Assembly (NCBI GenBank): GCA_048882045.1
Contig: JBHLRZ010000012.1
Location: 74,112-87,479, forward strand
Direction: 5' to 3'
DNA: 13,368 nt
DNA from: Candidatus Thorarchaeota archaeon
GTDB lineage: Archaea > Asgardarchaeota > Thorarchaeia > Thorarchaeales > Thorarchaeaceae
The stretch's first letter is position 1; each line of letters starts with the position of its first letter. Shown in pieces: positions 1 through 7,119 of this stretch. Position numbers and translations under genes: made by a program. A model generated the notes under the pieces. It was given only the letters and a program-made list of their open reading frames with translations. It had not been told where the DNA came from and did not search any database.

Positions 1-12
1 AGTGAGGCAACA

Positions 13-2193
13 ATGTCCGATATACTCTTTTTATCAACTGGATTCGGATCAGGCCTTCTTTCTATCCTTATCGCTCTATACATCTACAGAATGGTCATGA
101 ATGCTGACGAAGGTACTGACCGGATGAAAGAAGTCAGTGGATTGATCGAGGAAGGAGCCCACTCTTTCATCAAGGTCCAGTATAGAATTCTTGGAATCTT
201 TACAATCATCTTGGCCATTCTGATTGCAATTGTGTTTGTGGACTTTGGACTGCCAATTGCCATCTCATACGTTCTTGGCTCTCTTGCTAGTATGGCAGCT
301 GGGTACATCGGTCTAGTCGTGGCAACCAAGGCAAACCGTCGTACAGCAGCTGCTGCGGCCTCAGGAGGTTTGAATCCCGCATTCAACGTAGCTTTTCGAG
401 CGGGGTCTGTCATGGGTTTGATGATTGCAGGTATCGCACTTGTTGGTCTCTCTGCTTTATACTGGCTCTGGAACTATATTCTCCCAGAACCACTTTTCGT
501 ATTATTGGATGTCGAAAAACAGGTCGAGCTATGGGAAATTGTGACTGGATTCTCTTTTGGAGCCAGTACTGTTGCACTTTTCGCAAAGGCTGGAGGAGGC
601 ATCTACACAAAGACAGCAGACCTCTCTGCAGACCTTGTTGGTAAGATTGAACATCGCATCCCTGAGGACGACCCCAGAAATCCAGCTGCCATTGCTGATG
701 CGGTGGGTGATAACGTGGGAGATGTTGCTGGAACAGGGGCTGACATCTACGACAGTAATGTAGCAGCAATTCTCGCAGCTGCAATCCTTGGTGCTGGTAT
801 TGACGTACACTTCTCCCCACCAATTTCCTATGGCCTACTTCCCCTTCTTATTGCAGGGCTTGGAACCATTGCTTCGGTCCTCGGAGTCTTCTTCGTCCGT
901 CCAAAGGAAGGGCAGGACCCAGGTCCAGCTCTGAACAACGGGACATACATTACAACCATACTATTCGGAGTCTTTGCAACTGTGGTCATTCTTGTATTGG
1001 GCCTCAGTCCAGTCTTGGCTATCGTGGCAATCTTTGGCCTCTTCGCAGGTGTTTTTATTGGGTTCACCAGTGACGTCTTCACTAGTGATCGTGGACTGTT
1101 TGGTTTCAAACCTGTACAAAAGATGGTCGAATCCGCAGATAAGAGCGCGGCCAATCTGATCCTCTCTGGCTATGCCTATGGTCTTCTTAGCGTACTCCCA
1201 TCAGTTGTTGGTATTGCCATTGCTATGGTATCCTCCTTTCTCCTAGGTGGGACATTGGGATTCAGCAATTGGGAGGGCGGAATCTACTGCGTTGCGATTG
1301 CTGCTGTCGGTCTTCTCTCAACAAATGGAATGATTATGAGCTCCGATGCGTATGGTCCAATTGTAGACAACGCACGAGGGGTCATCGAACAGGCCCAGGC
1401 TCCTAGGGATGCAATAGTTGCCTGTGACAAGCTTGATGCAAGTGGGAACACTGCGAAGGCAATCACAAAGGGCTTTGCAATCGGAGCATCCTCCATATCT
1501 GTCCTGGCCCTATTCGCTGCTTTCATTGAAGCAATTGACACACTAAAGATCGCTGATTTGCTCAATATCCCTGAAATGGATGGGCAAATGATTGTCAACA
1601 TTTCTCATCCCTCTGTTCTGGCTGGAGCACTCATAGGAGCAATTATCCCAATTGTTTTCTCTGCAATCCTCATTCTTGGTGTAGAGCGCAACTCTGAGAG
1701 GATGATAGAAGAGATTCGTAGACAGTTCAATGATGAGCCTGGAATTCTTGAAGGGACAGTTACGCCCGACTATGACAAATGTATTGCCATCGCGACTTCT
1801 GGTGCAATCAGAGAGCTCATGCCTGGCACACTGATTGCCATTATCGTGACCATTGTTACTGGAATGATTCTGGGTCTTGATGCATTGGCTGGGTATCTTG
1901 GCGGTGCAGTCTTATCTGGTCTGATAATCGCCCTATTGATGGACAATGCAGGAGGTGCCTGGGACAACACGAAGAAGATCATCGAGTCTCCTGAGTACAC
2001 AACCTATGAAAAAGGCACAGATGACTGGCATCGTGTTCATCGGATCTCTGTCACTGGTGATATGGTTGGTGACCCATTCAAGGACACAGCAGGGCCATCG
2101 ATCAACACACTACTCGTGGTCCTCTCACTGACAGCCACTCTGTTCCTCCCCATCATAGCACGGTTGCATATGTGGTTCTTGGGACTGTTCTGA
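13..2193 (+). CDS. hppA: Membrane-bound ion-translocating pyrophosphatase (M-PPase), probably K+-independent H+-pumping type
   Basis: 726 aa polytopic membrane protein with the M-PPase motifs GGGIYTKxAD, DLVGKIE..IPEDDPRNP, DxVGDNVGD, DAYGPIVDNA, GGAWDNxKK and GDxVGDPFKDTAGPS. GNTAKAITKG carries Lys at the K+-dependence determinant. A purine-rich GTGAGG lies upstream. Confidence 0.96.
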   Translation: MSDILFLSTGFGSGLLSILIALYIYRMVMNADEGTDRMKEVSGLIEEGAHSFIKVQYRILGIFTIILAILIAIVFVDFGLPIAISYVLGSLASMAAGYIGLVVATKANRRTAAAAASGGLNPAFNVAFRAGSVMGLMIAGIALVGLSALYWLWNYILPEPLFVLLDVEKQVELWEIVTGFSFGASTVALFAKAGGGIYTKTADLSADLVGKIEHRIPEDDPRNPAAIADAVGDNVGDVAGTGADIYDSNVAAILAAAILGAGIDVHFSPPISYGLLPLLIAGLGTIASVLGVFFVRPKEGQDPGPALNNGTYITTILFGVFATVVILVLGLSPVLAIVAIFGLFAGVFIGFTSDVFTSDRGLFGFKPVQKMVESADKSAANLILSGYAYGLLSVLPSVVGIAIAMVSSFLLGGTLGFSNWEGGIYCVAIAAVGLLSTNGMIMSSDAYGPIVDNARGVIEQAQAPRDAIVACDKLDASGNTAKAITKGFAIGASSISVLALFAAFIEAIDTLKIADLLNIPEMDGQMIVNISHPSVLAGALIGAIIPIVFSAILILGVERNSERMIEEIRRQFNDEPGILEGTVTPDYDKCIAIATSGAIRELMPGTLIAIIVTIVTGMILGLDALAGYLGGAVLSGLIIALLMDNAGGAWDNTKKIIESPEYTTYEKGTDDWHRVHRISVTGDMVGDPFKDTAGPSINTLLVVLSLTATLFLPIIARLHMWFLGLF

Positions 2194-2225
2194 TGGGTAG
2201 TTTCTCACAGGAGTTGACGATCAGG

Positions 2226-3179
2226 ATGAACAAGTTCACTCAGCGTATAATAAGTGAAACAGGGGTCAATTTGACTGGTTTGTCTCATGAAATCTTGCAA
2301 GTGAATGTAGGAAATAGATGCAATCATCTCTGTACTCATTGTCATGTACAAGCTACACCCACGAGCAAAGACACCATGAAATGGGAGTTGATGGAGGAGA
2401 TTCTTAGGATTGCAGAGATTGTCAATCCAAAACTTGTAGATATCACAGGAGGGGCTCCTGAATTGAACCCTCACCTCCCTCGATTTCTAAGAGCATTAGT
2501 TGATAGAGGATACAAAGTTCAAGTTCGTACAAATCTTACAGTATTGCTGGATCCTGCTATTAGTGGACACATGGAGATGTTTAGAAATCTGAAGATTCGA
2601 CTTGTAGGATCTTTGCCATGTTACATAGAAGCTGATGTAGACAATGTACGGGGAGATGGCGTGTTCAAGAAGAGCATTCAAATTCTCAAGAAACTCAATG
2701 ATCTTGGGTTTGGAGTTGACCCTGAGCTCGAATTGGATCTGGTTTTCAATCCGGAAAATGCCTTCCTCCCTCCTGAACAATCTGAGCTGGAACGCACCTA
2801 CAAGGAGATATTGTCTAAAGAGTGGAGAATCCAATTCAACCGTCTTTTGACCATCACAAACATGCCGATTGGACGATTCAAACAACTGCTCATCGCGGAG
2901 AAAAAAACTTCGCAATACCAACAGCTCCTTGAAGACACTTTCAATTCCTCCACAATAGACAGTTTGATGTGTCGGCATCAGATATGCATTGGATGGGACG
3001 GGTTAATCTATGACTGCGATTTCAATTTCGCTGTCAAAATGCCCGTCAAGACTACACCAAAGTATGTACAGGAATTTAATCCGGTTTCCCACAGAACTCG
3101 CGAGATTGTTACTGGACATCACTGTTTTGGTTGTACTGCAGGACTTGGATCTTCATGCGGAGGTGCTCTTACTCAATAA
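2226..3179 (+). CDS. arsS: Arsenosugar-biosynthesis-type radical SAM protein (rSAM/Cys-rich, TIGR04167/DUF3641-like)
   Basis: Motifs LQVNVGNRCNHLCTHCHV (CxxxCxxC), DITGGAPELNP, RTNLT, SLPCY, LMCR, YDCDFN and the C-terminal HCFGCTAGLGSSCGG. The start is uncertain: ATG 2226 after CAGGAG was chosen; alternatives are ATG 2193 (overlapping the hppA TGA) or GTG 2172. Confidence 0.9.
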   Translation: MNKFTQRIISETGVNLTGLSHEILQVNVGNRCNHLCTHCHVQATPTSKDTMKWELMEEILRIAEIVNPKLVDITGGAPELNPHLPRFLRALVDRGYKVQVRTNLTVLLDPAISGHMEMFRNLKIRLVGSLPCYIEADVDNVRGDGVFKKSIQILKKLNDLGFGVDPELELDLVFNPENAFLPPEQSELERTYKEILSKEWRIQFNRLLTITNMPIGRFKQLLIAEKKTSQYQQLLEDTFNSSTIDSLMCRHQICIGWDGLIYDCDFNFAVKMPVKTTPKYVQEFNPVSHRTREIVTGHHCFGCTAGLGSSCGGALTQ

Positions 3180-3197
3180 TCACTGGAAACAGAAGGC

Positions 3198-3902
3198 ATG
3201 GAAATGAAAGACACTACCAACACATCTCGTCTAGGAATATTCATCATGATGAAGTACCCCCAAGTTGGTAGAGTCAAGGCACGACTTGCAAAATCTATTG
3301 GAGATGAGTCTGCAACTAATCTGTATCGCATGTTTATCCGAGACACGCTCACAACTGTACAAATTCTTGATATTCCATATTACATAGCAGTCTATCCTCC
3401 AGAATCGCAGAAACAGGTTGAAAAATGGCTTGGACCATCATATCATGTCTTCCAACAGCAGGGCATGGATATTGGTGAACGTCTCCAGAGTGGTTTCACC
3501 ACTATGTTCGAGAAGGGATATCAACAGGTAATTGCGCTTGCGAGTGATAGCCCTGATCTTCCCATTGAGATTCTACGAGATGCGGTATCTGCTCTTCAAA
3601 CCCATAAAGCCGTAATCGGTCCGGCTTCTGATGGAGGTTATTATTTGATTGGTTTTTCACAGGAGCCCTCTATTCTCGAGGCTTTCGAAGATATATCTTG
3701 GAGTACAGAAACTGTGTTTCGGGAAACTTTGTCAAAAATCAAATCAGTTACTCAGAATATACATATTCTACCTGAATGGATTGATATCGATACTAAGAGT
3801 GATCTCCAGAAATTCTATGCGAAACATCGTCTGCAGAACTCATACGATTCTCACACTATGAACTATCTTCGCAGTCGTCCTGAACTTCTGCTAGACAACT
3901 AG
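3198..3902 (+). CDS. TIGR04282/DUF2064-family glycosyltransferase-like protein (arsenosugar cluster associated)
   Basis: Motifs KYPQVGRVKARLA, QQGMDIGERL, ASDSPDL, IGPASDGGYYLIG, ISWST and DIDT are typical of this family. It lies 18 nt after arsS. Confidence 0.88.
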   Translation: MEMKDTTNTSRLGIFIMMKYPQVGRVKARLAKSIGDESATNLYRMFIRDTLTTVQILDIPYYIAVYPPESQKQVEKWLGPSYHVFQQQGMDIGERLQSGFTTMFEKGYQQVIALASDSPDLPIEILRDAVSALQTHKAVIGPASDGGYYLIGFSQEPSILEAFEDISWSTETVFRETLSKIKSVTQNIHILPEWIDIDTKSDLQKFYAKHRLQNSYDSHTMNYLRSRPELLLDN

Positions 3903-3914
3903 AATTTTGCCATT

Positions 3915-4679
3915 CTATGGAATGAGTCCTTCGAGACTGATGGGGAATAATACTATCCCAAGTATAATGGAAATCCAGAGAAACCAGAAACTTGTTCTTG
4001 GCCAAGGATCATTTCTTGGGTTATAACCCATCTTGAATTGCTCGTAGATAAATAGAACCGCGAGAATGATTATGTTGACATCAAAGACATAGGTAACTAG
4101 ATCAAATCTCTCAGCAGGTAGGTTGAGTAAGAAACCTAGTATCTGTCCAACACTTGTACCAATAGTGTCAAGTTGAGCTTCGAAGGGCAAACGACTGATG
4201 AAGAAGACAAGTCCCATATGTGCTAGAAGTAGCCAACCGACAACTAGTGAATGCATATTCACCCAATTCTGATTTCGTTTTGATAAGCGATGGTCAAGAA
4301 GGGGTGCGTTGTTTCTCCGTTCAATCAGCACTACGATTATCCACACCAGACCAATCACCAATGCAATCAGAGTCGTCAAAGTTGTGTTGAACAAACCACT
4401 CGCAGTAAGTGGCATCAACGAAGCTTGTAACAACGCAATGAATCTACTAGCCACTGTTTTCTGGTAGAAAGATGCTCCCAGCGTCATGAAGATCAATGCA
4501 TATGTCCAGTTATGGGCCCACCGAGGATCAGCAATATATGCCTCAATAGTGAAAGGCATCAACCAAAAGACAAGGTACATTATACCCATTAACAAGAGTC
4601 CTAGTCCGGGACCGATCTGGTATTTATTTGGCTTATCTACGCTGGCTTCTTGTGTGGTTTCCTCTGTCAAAACAGTCAT
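3915..4679 (-). CDS. Uncharacterised polytopic membrane protein (~7 TM)
   Basis: 254 aa ORF with multiple hydrophobic helices. It fills the gap convergently with the upstream glycosyltransferase. No family recognised. Confidence 0.75.
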   Translation of the reverse strand: MTVLTEETTQEASVDKPNKYQIGPGLGLLLMGIMYLVFWLMPFTIEAYIADPRWAHNWTYALIFMTLGASFYQKTVASRFIALLQASLMPLTASGLFNTTLTTLIALVIGLVWIIVVLIERRNNAPLLDHRLSKRNQNWVNMHSLVVGWLLLAHMGLVFFISRLPFEAQLDTIGTSVGQILGFLLNLPAERFDLVTYVFDVNIIILAVLFIYEQFKMGYNPRNDPWPRTSFWFLWISIILGIVLFPISLEGLIP

Positions 4680-4766
4680 CTCTTCACTTTGTGAACATAA
4701 CTGAACACTTCAGATAATGATATGTCTATCTATCCTATTTTTGAGGTGCCAATCGAATAGTATAGT

Positions 4767-5486
4767 ATGGTCGATAATAGGGAAGTTTCTCCATCGATTT
4801 CTGTGATCACTCCAATACATACTGCAAACCACAAGCTCTCGGAAATTAGGAAGGTGTTATCCTCATCAACTCATCCTACTGAACTTATTATAGTGATTAA
4901 CAATCCAGAACTAATTGGACAAATTGAATCCCAATCTACTAACGAAAAGGTAGTGATTGCCTCTCGAAAAGGTCGTGGGTTTGCATTTCTTAAGGGAATA
5001 GCTAACATCACAGGTTTCATAACATTGTTGTTGCACTCTGATACAATTCCTCCCGTTGGATGGGATAACGCAATTCTTTCGGCTTTGGAGGATCCACAAG
5101 TAGTCGGCGGAGGATTTTCCATGACCTATGGCACATCCAAACCCAACCTGGACCTAGGAATCTGGTTAATGAATCAGTGGTTTCGAATCTCAGGGGAACT
5201 CTATGGCGACCGTGCAATGTTTATTCGCTCTGATATTCTAAGACACTGTCTTTCAGTGCTTGAAGTTCCTCTTTTTGAAGATTTGCGATTGGTAAAATGT
5301 ATGCATAAACATGGTCGAGTAGTATTACTCAAGGAACGGGTTGAAACGGTTGCCAAGACTCTTAGAGAATACGGACTATTACGGTATCTTGGAAGTTTCC
5401 TACTTTGTCGATTTTGGTATGCGTTGGGTGGATCTCCCTTCCAGATCTATAATGTCTATTACTCAACTAGGACGAAGAAATTATAG
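4767..5486 (+). CDS. GT2-family glycosyltransferase, TIGR04283-like (arsenosugar cluster associated)
   Basis: Motifs ISVITP, LLLHSDT (cf. LHAD), VVGGGF, YGDRAMF (cf. YGDQ) and PLFEDL (cf. PLMED). It co-occurs with arsS and the TIGR04282-like gene. Confidence 0.8.
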   Translation: MVDNREVSPSISVITPIHTANHKLSEIRKVLSSSTHPTELIIVINNPELIGQIESQSTNEKVVIASRKGRGFAFLKGIANITGFITLLLHSDTIPPVGWDNAILSALEDPQVVGGGFSMTYGTSKPNLDLGIWLMNQWFRISGELYGDRAMFIRSDILRHCLSVLEVPLFEDLRLVKCMHKHGRVVLLKERVETVAKTLREYGLLRYLGSFLLCRFWYALGGSPFQIYNVYYSTRTKKL

Positions 5487-5517
5487 AGTATCTCAAAGAA
5501 CGACACTCACTGGACTG

Positions 5518-5751
5518 TCACTCAGTTTCTCTGGGTTCTGGGTAATCTCGTGGAGGATTCTTCATAATGAAAAACAAGGAGTATGCAAGAGAAGCGACTA
5601 CTGCAATTATAGCAATCAGAACCAAGATGACGATATCGACCATGAATACTATGAGGGCGATTATCAGTACAACATAGAGCAAGATGTTTACATAGACCAC
5701 TCGTTTCAAATAAGACTCTCCAGAGCCATAGGTCAGAAAATAGTCTCCCAA
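5518..5751 (-). CDS. Small two-TM membrane protein
   Basis: 77 aa with a TTG start directly preceded by a full archaeal SD, GGAGGTGAT (5752-5760). Long hydrophobic segment and charged C-terminal tail. Confidence 0.65.
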   Translation of the reverse strand: MGDYFLTYGSGESYLKRVVYVNILLYVVLIIALIVFMVDIVILVLIAIIAVVASLAYSLFFIMKNPPRDYPEPRETE

Positions 5752-5782
5752 ATCACCTCCCTCCTGATCAACTACTTCTTTC

Positions 5783-5887
5783 TCACCATAGACCTGGAAA
5801 GCTCAGAAGCTGACTTATCCATATCATGATAACCAGTAAAGCTATCAGGATGATGATAATTATCGACACCACCAATTTCCTACTCAT
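5783..5887 (-). CDS. 34-aa single-TM small protein (not in ORF track)
   Basis: Hand translation gives MSRKLVVSIIIIILIALLVIMIWISQLLSFPGLW*. It is preceded by GAGGAGGAAAAGGTG and sits in tandem upstream of the 77-aa membrane ORF. Confidence 0.5.
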   Translation of the reverse strand: MSRKLVVSIIIIILIALLVIMIWISQLLSFPGLW

Positions 5888-5996
5888 ACCAGTTACACCT
5901 TTTCCTCCTCAATGTACACATAGGTTGTTGTCCAATATGACCTTAAGACTTCTGCCACCCAAGTATAAGCCACAAATCCAATCAGAGGACTCGAAG

Positions 5997-6785
5997 TCAT
6001 TGAAGGATTGCTATCCGTCCAAATCTACTCACATTGAGTTGCATCTCACCTTTGAATGTAGAAACATATGCAGTTTCTACCCGAATCCGTTCATTCGTCT
6101 TGACCTGTGGGATCATCTCGTTCCAGAGTACAAGTTTCATTGATCCTGAGTCGTCAGACAATACGACATCGACAACCTGATGATACTTGTTATCCTTCTT
6201 TGAGAAGACCTCTCTGGAATCGGACATATCTTCTACCGTTCCTTCGATGATGTATTTATGATCCCCTTCAGTTACATCTGCAATCTTTGTTGCTTCAATC
6301 TTGCACTCCGAATCTAGGACTAGTTCGTATGCTCGCAAATCGAAGGTAGGAACCCATCGAAAGATTCCATATTGTCTGAAACCCAGGTTTTCATAGTATG
6401 CTTTTGTTCGAGTGTTCCAGTCAGGTGTATCCAAGGTCCATCTCTTTGCCTGTGGATACTTCTCCATTATTAACCGAAATGATTCTCTCCCAATCCCTTT
6501 TCGATGGTAATCAGGATCTATGAAGACATTGAAGATCTCATAGTGAGTATCACTGACTCTCCAGACTGTGGTTCCACCCACAATCTTCCCATCATACAAT
6601 ATCTTCAGATAATCACCAGACCTATTCTCTATCATCTGTCTCTGATGTTCAGGGGAGTCATATCCATCCGGTCCTCCAGGCCCGGGAGCTCCTACATCTA
6701 CATCAGAATCGAAAGATCGTTTTGAAATGTCTGCTAATGTTTCAGCATCATCTGGTTCTGCAAGTTCAATAGTAGTTTTACTCAT
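5997..6785 (-). CDS. GNAT N-acetyltransferase fused to a C-terminal SSB/RPA-like OB fold
   Basis: N-terminal GNAT motifs FIDPDYHRKGIG and YYENLGF. The C-terminal ~95 aa (KIADV..IEGTV..LSDDSGSMKLVLWNE..FKGEMQLNV) resemble archaeal SSB/RPA OB domains. Confidence 0.8.
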   Translation of the reverse strand: MSKTTIELAEPDDAETLADISKRSFDSDVDVGAPGPGGPDGYDSPEHQRQMIENRSGDYLKILYDGKIVGGTTVWRVSDTHYEIFNVFIDPDYHRKGIGRESFRLIMEKYPQAKRWTLDTPDWNTRTKAYYENLGFRQYGIFRWVPTFDLRAYELVLDSECKIEATKIADVTEGDHKYIIEGTVEDMSDSREVFSKKDNKYHQVVDVVLSDDSGSMKLVLWNEMIPQVKTNERIRVETAYVSTFKGEMQLNVSRFGRIAILQ

Positions 6786-6907
6786 TGTCCTAACCTCGAA
6801 ATACCATTCTAAATAGCAGTTTCAAATCTATTATAACTCAGACGCTTTGGAATTCCGAGTGATTTTGGAGGATACTCTCCTCTAATAGAAATTAAGAACT
6901 GAAATTT

Positions 6908-6933
6908 GCTCCTTCCTCATCAGAGAAAAGAGC
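6908..6933 (-). terminator. Stem-loop 10 nt downstream of the stop of rps19 fragment copy 1
   Basis: Minus-strand RNA GCUCUUUUCUC-UGAU-GAGGAAGGAGC forms an 11-bp stem with two G-U pairs. It pairs fully only on the rps19-sense strand. The terminator or stability role is inferred. Confidence 0.5.
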
Positions 6934-6943
6934 CATTCGTGTT

Positions 6944-7027
6944 TTATTTCAGTGGTACATAAGATGAAACCTTTGTGGCTCCGATACCGGGGTTTCTATG
7001 TTTAACAGGCTTGTTAGTAACTGTAAA
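6944..7027 (-). pseudogene. rps19: rps19 3'-end fragment, copy 1 (distal)
   Basis: Translates as FTVTNKPVKHRNPGIGATKVSSYVPLK*, 21/27 aa identical to the uS19 C-terminus at 10675-10758. There is no in-frame start before an upstream TAG (7043-7045). Confidence 0.9.
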
Positions 7028-7119
7028 TGAGGATGTGAAAGGCTATAAGATACACATTGACTACACTATGTTGAACTCAAAGAAAGAGCTGGGTCCCAGA
7101 CATTCCGAAGAAGAGGGGA

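Noticed and set aside
84-2131. Many short alternative-frame and antisense ORFs inside hppA (and similarly inside arsS, the TPR-nitrilase, rps19 and etfB)
   Set aside because: They are shadow ORFs overlapping well-supported genes.
3121-3179. ArsS as a selenoprotein
   Set aside because: The GSSCGG position is TGC, and there is no in-frame TGA.
5341-6143. Plus-strand ORFs 5341-5829 and 5826-6143
   Set aside because: They are antisense shadows of the hydrophobic minus-strand genes, which have SD motifs, and they overlap other CDSs.
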